Source: a virus (lineage: Duplodnaviria; Caudoviricetes). Taken from it: a DNA stretch of 59,395 bases. Position numbers and translations under genes: made by a program. Below the pieces are notes generated by a model that was not told where the DNA came from, did not search any database, and saw only the letters and a program-made list of their open reading frames with translations. The stretch lies in IMG/VR virus record IMGVR_UViG_3300046693_000004, positions 1 through 59,395 of that record; one strand, 5' to 3'. This document shows, in pieces, positions 28,810 to 38,868 of this stretch. Positions within the stretch are counted from its first letter, which is position 1. Each line of letters opens with the position of its first letter.

Positions 28810-29213
28810 TCTTTAATCCTTGGTGGAGCAACATCACTTTCAATTAGACGTGCTGTGTTATGTAATGCGTCTAAGCGTCTATGAAGTCCTTGCATGTCTT
28901 CTTTTCGTTCAATCCTTAACTCATCATATTGTTTTTTAACTTCATCTCTAAACTCTTTTAAATGTTCAAGAACAACTAATGTACCAGCGTTGAAAACTTC
29001 AATGGCATTTAATCTTTTTTCAATGCCACCCATAAGTAAATCTACTTTATCATCTAAACCTTGAGTACGTTGGTCAAAAGCTGTTCTAGTAGCATGACGC
29101 TCTTTAGCTAAGTGAACTTGTATTCGCCATGCTACTATAAACGAAGCTACGCTTATTGTAACTATAAGAGTTACAATAAAGATTATCTGTTCCCATGATG
29201 CGCCACCACTCAT
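28806..29213 (-). CDS. N-terminal TM plus coiled-coil protein (i-spanin-like or lysis accessory)
   Basis: One N-terminal TM then a long amphipathic helix; in the lysis cluster. Confidence 0.45.
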   Translation of the reverse strand: MSGGASWEQIIFIVTLIVTISVASFIVAWRIQVHLAKERHATRTAFDQRTQGLDDKVDLLMGGIEKRLNAIEVFNAGTLVVLEHLKEFRDEVKKQYDELRIERKEDMQGLHRRLDALHNTARLIESDVAPPRIKE

Positions 29214-29500
29214 TACGTCTTATCTTCTTCCTGCACTCGCGCCCAAGCAGCATCAAAAGCGTCATCTGCTTGTTTTTCTAATGCATCAAGGCGTGCAAGC
29301 TGTTCTGGAGTAACTTCAGCGTTATCCTTAAGAGCAGAAATGATATTTAGAACAAAAGGTTTAACGTCCTGATACTCTTTAATTGCTAGTGGTACAATTT
29401 CTTCTAGAGTATCAATTACCATACCAATGGTAGAACCACCGGGAACTAATGGAAGTAAATTTTCAACAAGCTTTAAAAGTCCTGTTACAACTGAGTTCAT
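29213..29500 (-). CDS. hypothetical lysis-region protein
   Basis: 95 aa, amphipathic, coupled to the lipoprotein gene. Confidence 0.5.
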   Translation of the reverse strand: MNSVVTGLLKLVENLLPLVPGGSTIGMVIDTLEEIVPLAIKEYQDVKPFVLNIISALKDNAEVTPEQLARLDALEKQADDAFDAAWARVQEEDKT

Positions 29501-29892
29501 TGCACTGTTCCAATATGATAGGTGTCCATAATTCCAGTTAACGTTGTCACTGCAAGCTGCAATGCATCATACAAGCCTGCTGTACCTAATTCACCCGGAT
29601 GACTGCGTTGAAATGCAACTAAATCATTGCGAGCTTTACGAGCATTAATAACAGCAGGACCAAGAACAGCAGATACTTCTTTAGTTCGGCAAACCTTACT
29701 AGTCGTCTTATCGCAACGAGTAAGATTAAGATAATTGGTTGCAGTAACTTCAATAGAAGCAAAACTATTTCTAGCAATAGTAATTTGCTGTTCTGTAACT
29801 GTTACAGAGCTTGCTGAATCAACTAATCGAGTGATACCAGCACAACCACTTACAGAAAATGCTAGAACTAAAATTAAAAGAATTTTTTTCAT
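29497..29892 (-). CDS. lipoprotein (spanin-like)
   Basis: MKKILLILVLAFSVSG|C lipobox; internal Cys pair. Confidence 0.7.
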   Translation of the reverse strand: MKKILLILVLAFSVSGCAGITRLVDSASSVTVTEQQITIARNSFASIEVTATNYLNLTRCDKTTSKVCRTKEVSAVLGPAVINARKARNDLVAFQRSHPGELGTAGLYDALQLAVTTLTGIMDTYHIGTVQ

Positions 29893-30022
29893 CGCTTGAT
29901 CCTCATTTCGTTATAAATAAATGCCAGTCTATTAAAATTAGCAAACCAATTGCTAACTAACTTTTCAGCTTCTAAGGATAGCTGTTTATAGCTCATAGCT
30001 TTATAATTTAGCTCCCATGTAC

Positions 30023-30373
30023 TCACGGCGAAGCTCCTGTTGCAATATCGATTACTTGTGCGCGATCTTCTTGATTAGTTCCGACTTTAGGCTGTTGTGG
30101 GTCAGTTGCCACTTGAGCCAATGTTTGATTAGCTTGGGTATTAACTTGAATCCTTTCAACACCCGGCATTGCAGCAACTTCTTTTACTAATGAGCCTTGT
30201 GTTGATAATGCTACGGTTATTGAGTTAAGAATCATATTGGTTAATCCGGCAACAGATATAATACTTTTTGTAATACCGGGACCAAATAAATCTGTAAGCT
30301 GCGCTGTTGATACCATCAGCACACTTAAGATTGCTCCACAAATCGCTAGAATTGTTTTTCCGTTTAAGTTCAT
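30023..30373 (-). CDS. holin-like membrane protein
   Basis: Start MNLNGK after AAGGA; two hydrophobic segments and a hydrophilic tail. Confidence 0.55.
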   Translation of the reverse strand: MNLNGKTILAICGAILSVLMVSTAQLTDLFGPGITKSIISVAGLTNMILNSITVALSTQGSLVKEVAAMPGVERIQVNTQANQTLAQVATDPQQPKVGTNQEDRAQVIDIATGASP

Positions 30374-30384
30374 AATATTTCCTT

Positions 30385-33240
30385 TTAACAAGTTGTAACT
30401 AATGCATTTCCAAGCATTCCGCAAGTATTAGTCGATCCTATACTATCTGCTGCACCCCAAGTACCAATTTTAGAAGAAGTCGGTTGCCAAATAGTTACTT
30501 TATCAACTGTTGATGCTAATAACAATGCTCTACCTGCTGTACATGTACCATTGCATTTAATTAAATTATTAGAAACACTAATACCAGAACTATCGTTAAT
30601 GGTAATTGAGTTGGTTGAGGAATTATTATCAGAGCTAATTGCATTATTAGAGTATATCATATTATAGTTAAAAGTACCTCCTGTATTAGAAGATACTAAT
30701 AAGGCTCTAGGTGCATTATCATTAATGTTCCCATCAATGATTAATTCAGTCATAATAAAAGTAGATTTACAAGCAGCCGCAGCAGCAGTACCAGCTAATG
30801 TAGTGACATAAACGCCAGCACCACCGGGAGTTCCGCTAGTTTGACTAGCAATTGTAGTACCTGCTGCTACACCAGTTCCTGTTACAGTTTGACCTAAAGC
30901 AGCAACACCACCAGTAACTATTGTACCTGTAACACCTGTTACAGTCATATTAGTACCGGATTGTGTACAAGTAAAACTAGCAGAAACGCTATCTAACTGA
31001 ATTGATGCTGTTGGAGTACCAGTTCCAACTAACAAATTATGGTGAATATGTAATTCTGAGGTTTGGCCTCCAATATTTAAATAAACAGGTCGCGGGGCAA
31101 ATATCTGATTATTAGTTAAATTAAAAGCACCACCTGATTGCCAAAGTAATCCAATAGTATTTGAAGTAATAGGTGCAAAAACCTGAAAATAATTATCCCG
31201 AATAATATTACCTCCGCTATCTGGTGCAAGAGGATTAGAAACTTTAACACCATAATTATAATATGGCGACACAGTGCTATTTTTAATTGTACCGTTTAAA
31301 GAATTAAGCAAATTAATTCCAGAAGTACCATTTGTTACATTAACGCTATCTATTACTCCACCAATATTATTATATGTATTGTTACCATATTGTATTCCAA
31401 CTACTCCAGTTGTAGAAAGAGAAGGATACGAGCAGGTTAAATTTTTAACATTAAGTGTTTTATTAGCACTAGATGGATTAAAGTTAATACAATTTATGGT
31501 ACTTGTAGTTGGAAAAATAAATGTAGAATTTGCTCCATCACCTTCAATTGATACATTTGTTTGTACATTAATAGCACTAGATGAAATAATACATCTACCA
31601 GAAAGTAAAAGTGTATTGCCGGGGCCAGTTAAGCTTTGTACATAAATAGAAGCGTTATTTAATTCTAAAGTATCATCATTTGAACCGTCACATACTGCAC
31701 CAAAAATACTTGCCGGAACGCGAGCTTGCTTAACTAAAATCCAACGCCCGCTACCTACACTTGGCGCTATACAAGACCCACCATCATCCGTACAAGATGC
31801 TCCACTATCCCAATAATAAATTGTGGATGGTGAATCACCATTTGCATAATAGCCTGTCCTAGTAGCCCAACTATATAACCCAGAACCCAAAGCCTTTAAA
31901 GCTGCATTTGTAGCAACTGTAATAGTTGGTGCAGTTACCGTAGGAGCTAAAGAAATGATATTACCAGTACATAAAAGTCCTGTTCCGCAAGCTATGTCAC
32001 CAACCATTAAACCCAATGAAGTAACACCGCTAGCATCTGCGCTATTTTGGTCAGGTGTAATCTTAATAATATAATTTAAAGTTTGTGTAGATTGAACAAT
32101 ACCAAAAGGTGTAGATATTCCACCTTGAGCAGTTCCAGTAAACGTACCTCCACCTCCTAAATGTGCTACTACATCAATTCCTGTAACAGCAACATTATTT
32201 GTAACAACAACTGTTGCCCCCACACCACCTCCACCAAATGAAGTACCTGCTGCACTATTAATAAGATTACCTGCATTATTTAACGTATGTGTGTGACCCG
32301 GATCACCTATGCTAATGCCTCCATTACCCACAGTTAAATTACCACCAAGATTACCAGCAGGAGTATAAGGAGGCAAATTAGATGCAAGTAATGTTTTAGT
32401 TTGTCCGCCACCTTTAGCACCTGTGGCGCTTGCAGTGACACCTAATCCAGTAGAAGTTAAATTAGTACAATCTGTGCCGCCCATGTTACATCTACCAGCA
32501 ACTACATAACCTCTTAAATCAGGAACATTAAATGTAGTAGAACCATTACCGTTCCCGTAAAGAAAAAATACTCCAGTTGTAGCTGTAGTTAAACTAGCAT
32601 TAGTATTCATAGTAACAGTAGTAGAAGTTTTAGAAAGAACAGTAGAGCCTGCTGCAATACAAGTAGTTTCTAAAACAGCACCAGCAGGAATTTGAGATGT
32701 ATCAGACAATCCTGTTAAAATAGGACTACCCGAAGTGCAATTAACATTCTGATTTAAAGTTACAGCAGTATAAAAAGCAGCATAAGTAATGCGTGAAATT
32801 TCTTGCCCATATGCGAATACATATTGATTAGGAGCAACCAAACCAGCCCAAGACTTGACAGTACCAACTAAATCACCATCGCCCGTACCTGTAGTAGAAC
32901 CACCTGTACCAGCAGAAGCGGTTACAGCATCAAAAATAGTAACATTTGCAGATGTGCGGACTAATTGACGGTAAGTACCATCACCATAAATAATAGCTCT
33001 TCCACCAGCATCTAAAATAACCGGATTAGTGTTAGGCGTAGTTTTAGCAGCATCCTGCCATGTCGTCTTAAAAGTAGTGGTCGAGGGGATATAGAAAAAA
33101 ACTTTACCGCTTGAAAGCGGATTGCCATTATTGTCTAGAAATTGGGTCTTACCCTGTGGCAATATAGCGGCGTTCTGCGCAAGAGCAGGATTTAATAAAA
33201 GAAAAGAAAAAAAGAGGAAGTTGATGATAGTTTTCATCAT
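30385..33240 (-). CDS. tailspike / tail fibre with N-terminal Sec signal peptide
   Basis: MMKTIINFLFFSFLLLNPALA|Q; podovirus attachment domain (QFLD.NGNPL..GK...NTNPVILD..GR); tail-collar motif (GNGSTTFNVPDLRG); GHTH; beta-helix start (FGAVCDGSNDDT); 18 Cys. Confidence 0.88.
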   Translation of the reverse strand: MMKTIINFLFFSFLLLNPALAQNAAILPQGKTQFLDNNGNPLSSGKVFFYIPSTTTFKTTWQDAAKTTPNTNPVILDAGGRAIIYGDGTYRQLVRTSANVTIFDAVTASAGTGGSTTGTGDGDLVGTVKSWAGLVAPNQYVFAYGQEISRITYAAFYTAVTLNQNVNCTSGSPILTGLSDTSQIPAGAVLETTCIAAGSTVLSKTSTTVTMNTNASLTTATTGVFFLYGNGNGSTTFNVPDLRGYVVAGRCNMGGTDCTNLTSTGLGVTASATGAKGGGQTKTLLASNLPPYTPAGNLGGNLTVGNGGISIGDPGHTHTLNNAGNLINSAAGTSFGGGGVGATVVVTNNVAVTGIDVVAHLGGGGTFTGTAQGGISTPFGIVQSTQTLNYIIKITPDQNSADASGVTSLGLMVGDIACGTGLLCTGNIISLAPTVTAPTITVATNAALKALGSGLYSWATRTGYYANGDSPSTIYYWDSGASCTDDGGSCIAPSVGSGRWILVKQARVPASIFGAVCDGSNDDTLELNNASIYVQSLTGPGNTLLLSGRCIISSSAINVQTNVSIEGDGANSTFIFPTTSTINCINFNPSSANKTLNVKNLTCSYPSLSTTGVVGIQYGNNTYNNIGGVIDSVNVTNGTSGINLLNSLNGTIKNSTVSPYYNYGVKVSNPLAPDSGGNIIRDNYFQVFAPITSNTIGLLWQSGGAFNLTNNQIFAPRPVYLNIGGQTSELHIHHNLLVGTGTPTASIQLDSVSASFTCTQSGTNMTVTGVTGTIVTGGVAALGQTVTGTGVAAGTTIASQTSGTPGGAGVYVTTLAGTAAAAACKSTFIMTELIIDGNINDNAPRALLVSSNTGGTFNYNMIYSNNAISSDNNSSTNSITINDSSGISVSNNLIKCNGTCTAGRALLLASTVDKVTIWQPTSSKIGTWGAADSIGSTNTCGMLGNALVTTC

Positions 33241-33331
33241 TTTGACTTTAACCTTAATCTTCTTTCACGAATATATAAACTGGCAAATAATTATATATAC
33301 TGTACCCACAACTATAATAATCTTCTTAGCT

Positions 33332-35425
33332 TTAGAATTTGCCCGATTTCTCTCTAAGATAGTCCGTCAATGGTGTGCCAGTCAATACCGGCAATTTAGA
33401 CGTGATATCTTTAGCAGTAGTTATCTTACTACTTTGGACTTTCTCAATCTTGCCAAGCGCAGTCAACGCACTATCTCGCATAAGACCACTACGCGAAAAT
33501 AAATCAGCAGAACTTACAGCAAGATTATCACTTCCAATTTCCATTAATCTTTTCTTACCACCAATACCTATATTTCTAAGAGCCATAACACCAGAAGCAA
33601 CACCCGGACTACCAGTTGCTAAATCAGTAGCGAATCCCTTTACAGCGTCAGTAACAAAACCACTACTATCATTACGTTCGCCATACTTGCGTTGATAAGC
33701 TTGGCGTTCTGCTGTTTGAGCACCATGTCTAATTTCATTTTCTACTGCCCTAAATGTAATTGCTTTATGCAAATCATCTAAAACAGATTCAGCACTAGGG
33801 CCGAATGCATGTTTGAATATTTCTCTATTGGTGTCTTTCTTACCAAACAGTCTAGCTGCACCGCTCAATTGACCTTGTGCAGATTGCTCCATTAAATTAC
33901 CAGCAGCCGCAAGAATACCTTTCTTAATGCTTTCCTGTACTTCTGGAGTAGCAGCATCGAAAGTTCTAATAAACTCTGCCTTATTAACATTTTTAGCAAT
34001 TGCATCATGACCAATTACTAAACCGTCCTTAATTTTCATTTTTTCGGAAAATTTAGTATCAGCAGCTAACATTTGAGGATTGGTTTTAATTTCAGCGTCC
34101 AATAGCTTACGTGTATTCTCTACAGAGGCTAAAGCCTTTGGAGGTAACTTATCCGCAGTTTTATTGATTATATCGTCTATGCCTTCTCTTACCTCATGTA
34201 AGTCTTTCACACTAGTTTTTAATGATCCATCTTTTTTGTAAAAGAATCCTTTAATCTTTTCTAAAACAGCAGCCTTATCACCAACAGCAGTTTCTAAATT
34301 GTCATCAATATGACTGAGTACACCAGAAGCATCTAGCTTTTGAGGAGATGTGTGGGCAGCACTATAATCAGCTTTTGTTAAAGTTCTAGCTTCAGTAGTA
34401 ATATTATCCGCTTCTGTACCTTTAGCCTTACCGCGTTCTACATAAACATCAGGCTTTGCACCAAATTTATTTTCAAATATTTTTACAGCATCAACATTAG
34501 CAGTAGCAGCGCGATCAGCAAAAGCACCTTTTAATATTGCTGTAGGCTTGCCACCAAATGAAGCTAATCCGCTTGCTTCAGCAGATAAGGAAGGGTCTAA
34601 ATCTGCAATAGTGGCTTTTGATCCCATTTGCCTTAAAGCAATAGCTGCTTCTTCTGGTGTATAACCAGCATCTTTTAAAGAACCAATAATATTTTTAGCA
34701 GCACTAGGGGGCATTCCAACTTCATTGGCTAATCTGGACACTGATAAATTAGCCCAAGAATTACCCATTGCAGATAAGGCTTTAGAAATACCAACTACTG
34801 CACCATGAGTAAGCGGACCAGCTACAACGCCAGTAGCAGCACCAATACCAATATCTACAGGTAATGAAGTTTCAGGACGCGCCGAATTGGTTAAGGCGTT
34901 AAATTCACCACCAGCAATACCACCTTGTAACCCCATTGCACCAACACGATTAATCAATGGTGCAGCAATTTTCTCACCGCTAGAAAGCATTGTAGGTAAA
35001 GCACGTGCTACTACATTTGCGCCTTGCATTATCCTAGCTGGCACTAAAGGCGCTGTAGCTGCGATTTGACCACCAATGCGGCCTATATCCGCTGTTGTGC
35101 TATCTGGATAAGTATTTTTATAGTCTTCCTGTTCTTTAACTACACGCTTATCAAAATTAGCCGCCCTTTCCTCACCACCGAGAGCTAATTTTCTATCAAC
35201 ATAACCGATTCCTTTACCCACAGTATTAAGAACGTCATTGACACCTTGGGTAAATCCACCAACAGCTTTATTAGTAAAACTAGGTTCTACAGCAGCAGCT
35301 TCAACTGCTTGAGTTTTAGGCGTAGAGAATTGCTTATATAACGATTCTACATCAACGCCAGATTTATCAGGCGATTTAGTAGAATTACCACTAAAATAAT
35401 TATATAAGTCATCAACTTCAGCCAT
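33332..35425 (-). CDS. ejection / internal virion protein (P22 gp16-like position)
   Basis: 697 aa, Ala/Gly-rich, third of three ejection-type genes, no Cys. Confidence 0.7.
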   Translation of the reverse strand: MAEVDDLYNYFSGNSTKSPDKSGVDVESLYKQFSTPKTQAVEAAAVEPSFTNKAVGGFTQGVNDVLNTVGKGIGYVDRKLALGGEERAANFDKRVVKEQEDYKNTYPDSTTADIGRIGGQIAATAPLVPARIMQGANVVARALPTMLSSGEKIAAPLINRVGAMGLQGGIAGGEFNALTNSARPETSLPVDIGIGAATGVVAGPLTHGAVVGISKALSAMGNSWANLSVSRLANEVGMPPSAAKNIIGSLKDAGYTPEEAAIALRQMGSKATIADLDPSLSAEASGLASFGGKPTAILKGAFADRAATANVDAVKIFENKFGAKPDVYVERGKAKGTEADNITTEARTLTKADYSAAHTSPQKLDASGVLSHIDDNLETAVGDKAAVLEKIKGFFYKKDGSLKTSVKDLHEVREGIDDIINKTADKLPPKALASVENTRKLLDAEIKTNPQMLAADTKFSEKMKIKDGLVIGHDAIAKNVNKAEFIRTFDAATPEVQESIKKGILAAAGNLMEQSAQGQLSGAARLFGKKDTNREIFKHAFGPSAESVLDDLHKAITFRAVENEIRHGAQTAERQAYQRKYGERNDSSGFVTDAVKGFATDLATGSPGVASGVMALRNIGIGGKKRLMEIGSDNLAVSSADLFSRSGLMRDSALTALGKIEKVQSSKITTAKDITSKLPVLTGTPLTDYLREKSGKF

Positions 35426-36798
35426 TACTGACCACCAGTAATATCAATTAAGCCCTGATTTCTAACAATAGCTAATGATTTCCAAAACTTTTTGCCTTCA
35501 AAAGTATTAGCTTTCTTTTTCATTTCATCTAATAAATCTTGGCGCTCTTTTGGTTCCATCATATCAATACCAAAAGCTCTAGCGTCAGCCCTAGCTGGAA
35601 AAGTAGAACGATGTTCCCCATATTTATTATAATCATTACCTTCAAATGCACCTGCTCTAGCAGCTTGTATTCTATCCTGTACAATAGCATCTTTAGTTAA
35701 CTTAACTAAAGCTTGATTAATTTGCCCTTTAGGGTCTGGATTACTAGCTTGAGCTAAAGCCTGTCCTGCATCTGATCTACCTGCTAAAGGACTTTGACCA
35801 ACATAGGCAGCTAATTTCTTATTAACCTCTTGTCTTAATGCAACAGGATCATTTGGAGTAGTTGGAGAAATACCTAATACTTTAGCTACTGCTAAAGCTT
35901 TATTATATTGGTCAGTTAGTGGGCCTGTTGTCATACCTTTCATTAAAGGTATCGCCTGTAAAGCAGGTTGAATTTGAGTTAGTTTTGCAGTTGCTAAATT
36001 CTGATCTTCAACAAGCTGTTTGCGCCCTTCTTCAAACATAGGAGGCATAGCAGCAGCACCACCGGGAAAACGTTGGGCTACCGATTGCGCTGGCGTAGGA
36101 GCTTCTACAGGTAACGGATTGTCGCGCACCATAGGTGGTGCTGTGTTCGGCCCTGTAGTTATCGTAGAGCCATCAGGAGCTTTTCTAGTGCCTACAGGAA
36201 GTGGCCTAGTGTCAACCGGAGGGGTAACTAAGGGGCCGCTACTAGGTGCTGTATAGCGAGGCTGGCCACGGTTCGGGCCTTCTTCAACTACCTCTTGTGT
36301 AGTAACTGGTAATTTAGTGGTTGCAATCGGGTTAGGATTAATTTGAACACCAAATCCGGGGCGCGGGGATGATCTAGTTTGATAAATATTACGATTATCT
36401 GTAGTTGTGCCTTGTTGGCCAGCATAATATTCTAATGCTTCTTTCGCATGTAATGCGCGAGCAATGTAGCGATCTTTAAAAGCTTGAATATCTTTCTGAT
36501 CGGTAGGAATTTCCTTTACAGCCTGAGAATACATTTCAGGAGTTAAATATTTTTGATTAACAGCACCTTGAAGCACTTTAAAAATATGCTGTGGTGTCGC
36601 ATCAGGAGGTAATGAATTAATTTCCTTGGTCATATAATCCAAGCCTTGATTAACTAATTCAAGCTTGGATTTATCAATATTAATTTTACCTTGCTCAATA
36701 GCTTGCGCACCTTGCTGCAAGCCTTGAAGCTTACCAACCATATCTAATGCACCCGGTTGTGTGGGTAAACGATAACTAGAGGTATCAACTTCGGCCAT
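35425..36798 (-). CDS. ejection protein (P22 gp20-like position)
   Basis: 457 aa, Q/P-rich, no Cys. Confidence 0.7.
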   Translation of the reverse strand: MAEVDTSSYRLPTQPGALDMVGKLQGLQQGAQAIEQGKINIDKSKLELVNQGLDYMTKEINSLPPDATPQHIFKVLQGAVNQKYLTPEMYSQAVKEIPTDQKDIQAFKDRYIARALHAKEALEYYAGQQGTTTDNRNIYQTRSSPRPGFGVQINPNPIATTKLPVTTQEVVEEGPNRGQPRYTAPSSGPLVTPPVDTRPLPVGTRKAPDGSTITTGPNTAPPMVRDNPLPVEAPTPAQSVAQRFPGGAAAMPPMFEEGRKQLVEDQNLATAKLTQIQPALQAIPLMKGMTTGPLTDQYNKALAVAKVLGISPTTPNDPVALRQEVNKKLAAYVGQSPLAGRSDAGQALAQASNPDPKGQINQALVKLTKDAIVQDRIQAARAGAFEGNDYNKYGEHRSTFPARADARAFGIDMMEPKERQDLLDEMKKKANTFEGKKFWKSLAIVRNQGLIDITGGQ

Positions 36799-36809
36799 GT
36801 TAAACTAAC

Positions 36810-37616
36810 CTAATAAATTGCTGTAGAGCTAGCAAAATTACTACCACTAGAGGGAGTTCCATACAATCCTTTATATGCAGCATAGCCACCAATATCACTA
36901 GCAGCTTTACCTATAGCACTTCCTGTAGCATTATAAGCAGCAGCTTGTGCATTACCGCCTCCAATAGTATTAGCTGCAACACCTTGACCAGTAGCAGTAT
37001 TGACACCAGCTTGAGTAGTTGCTGCTTTATTGCCGATAGTAGCAGTTTGAGCAGCAGCATTACCGCCAACAGTCACAAGTCCCATAAGTCTATCAAAAGC
37101 ATTTTGACGATTGGTATTTTCTAAGGCGAATTGATCTTTATATGTCTGATTAGCTAAGCCTGTAGTGAATGAAGCAGCACCTTTTAACGCTGCACCAGAA
37201 ACACCTAACCCGCGAGCAGCGGCAGAATTTTGAACTGCTTTCAAACCTTGATCTTTAGTAAACTGATAACCGGGAGTCTTTTCTAGTGCAGCTTGATCCA
37301 TTTCAATTGGAGAAGTTAAGAAGGGTAGACGCTTTTGTAATTCAGCAAGATTTTCATTACCAGCAGTGCGATATGGTGCAAGGTCTTCACGGGTTTGCCC
37401 GTATTGGTCAGCTAAAAGCTTATTAGATTCACGACCTAATGTAAGTTGAGTATCTGAAGCCTTGTTAGTAGCTGCTACTTGAGCATCAGCAGCTTTACTA
37501 GATGTATAAGCCGTAGTCGCTGCACCAATAACAGCAGAACCAACAATAGCAGTAGCTACCCATGCATTACAGTATGCAGATGGATAGTCTTCAAAGTCAA
37601 ATAGTTCTCGGATCAT
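36810..37616 (-). CDS. DNA transfer / ejection protein (P22 gp7-like)
   Basis: TPGYQF..DQG.KAVQNSAAARG...SGAALK. Confidence 0.85.
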   Translation of the reverse strand: MIRELFDFEDYPSAYCNAWVATAIVGSAVIGAATTAYTSSKAADAQVAATNKASDTQLTLGRESNKLLADQYGQTREDLAPYRTAGNENLAELQKRLPFLTSPIEMDQAALEKTPGYQFTKDQGLKAVQNSAAARGLGVSGAALKGAASFTTGLANQTYKDQFALENTNRQNAFDRLMGLVTVGGNAAAQTATIGNKAATTQAGVNTATGQGVAANTIGGGNAQAAAYNATGSAIGKAASDIGGYAAYKGLYGTPSSGSNFASSTAIY

Positions 37617-38086
37617 GGCAATGGTAAATCCAATTGCATATCTGAAGTCTTCAACTCTTCAACAAATCTCTGAAATTCATCTTCATCTTGAGCAATAAAA
37701 TGAGTTTCAATTTCATCAACATCAGTAAGATTTGTGCCGTGTACCGTTACCCACAAACAATCGGTTAAAGCATGTGCGATACGCTTAGTACCAGCAGGAG
37801 AATTAACAATAAAAGGTGCTTCAATTTGCTTAACTTCCTCACCAACTAAAACTTGCATCGCACCTTGCATAAGTAAATTCAATTGTGGATATTTATGTAT
37901 CTTGCCTGTAAGAATGGTATCTTTAGGAATGTACAGCGCGCGGGCATAGACACCAAGAGAAAAATAGTTTTCGTGCCGTAGCTCTAATTGAGGCTGCTTT
38001 TTCATTTCAGCTTCAAAGGAGTTTACTACCGCTCTTGTTGAATTTAAAGCGCCTGTACCGAATAGAGCTAATTCCAGCATACTCAT
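37613..38086 (-). CDS. cupin-fold phage protein
   Basis: YFSLGVYAR...GKIHK...SPAGTKR...WVTVH. Confidence 0.7.
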   Translation of the reverse strand: MSMLELALFGTGALNSTRAVVNSFEAEMKKQPQLELRHENYFSLGVYARALYIPKDTILTGKIHKYPQLNLLMQGAMQVLVGEEVKQIEAPFIVNSPAGTKRIAHALTDCLWVTVHGTNLTDVDEIETHFIAQDEDEFQRFVEELKTSDMQLDLPLP

Positions 38087-38206
38087 TCTTCTATTCCTCC
38101 ACTACAAACCATTCGCCATTTATTTCGTGTCTGTAACTAACTCCTGCCATCATAATTATTTGTGATATTTCTGGATTATAGTAGCTGTCTAGAATTTGTT
38201 TTGTGC

Positions 38207-38422
38207 TCATGCTGTTTTACCTTCCAAAAGGTCTATAAGCTCTTGCTCTGCATAACCATAGTTATGATAGAAATCTTGACTATTTTGATAGCGCAAAGCA
38301 GATTTAGCTAATTTAGCTGTACCTTTAGTAATAGTCACATATCCATTGTCTTCAGCGTCAGCACCACCACAGCCAGTCATTACTTTAGTCCAGTCAGGGC
38401 GATTAGCAGCCATAGGATACAT
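38207..38422 (-). CDS. hypothetical protein
   Basis: 71 aa, inserted in the tail operon. Confidence 0.5.
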   Translation of the reverse strand: MYPMAANRPDWTKVMTGCGGADAEDNGYVTITKGTAKLAKSALRYQNSQDFYHNYGYAEQELIDLLEGKTA

Positions 38423-38767
38423 TTATTGCGCTCCTGTATTTTGTCCATAGTTAGCTAAGAACTTTATTGTAGGCAGCACCGAATAAGTTACAGTTATAGT
38501 ATCTTCAATAGCTACAGGAATTAGCTTCATCCCCGTCACATCTATAGTTATTTGACCGCGCGTGAGCGTTATTGCTGAAACTGTTCCTCCTGTAACCGAT
38601 ACGTTTCCCGGTTCTTTTGAAGTGTAAGAAAATGGTGAAGCACTTAATGTAACATCAGCAATGTTAGGAGGGGCTTGTGTAAATTGCTGTAAATAAAAAT
38701 TCCAAGGCGATGCGAGGTTTAAACCTTTTGTAACAAACTGCTGTACTAGATTTGGAAGGGGGATCAT
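38423..38767 (-). CDS. small virion tail protein (needle/plug position)
   Basis: SPW..YLQ...SASPFSY...V.VTGGTVS; directly follows the gp10-like gene. Confidence 0.55.
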   Translation of the reverse strand: MIPLPNLVQQFVTKGLNLASPWNFYLQQFTQAPPNIADVTLSASPFSYTSKEPGNVSVTGGTVSAITLTRGQITIDVTGMKLIPVAIEDTITVTYSVLPTIKFLANYGQNTGAQ

Positions 38768-38868
38768 TTATAATCCAACCCAGATACATATATTATTCCA
38801 CCATCTGCTGAAACTAGTTCCAGGTTTGCAAGCCCCATCATGGCCGGGAGGTAATATGCAAGTCCATT

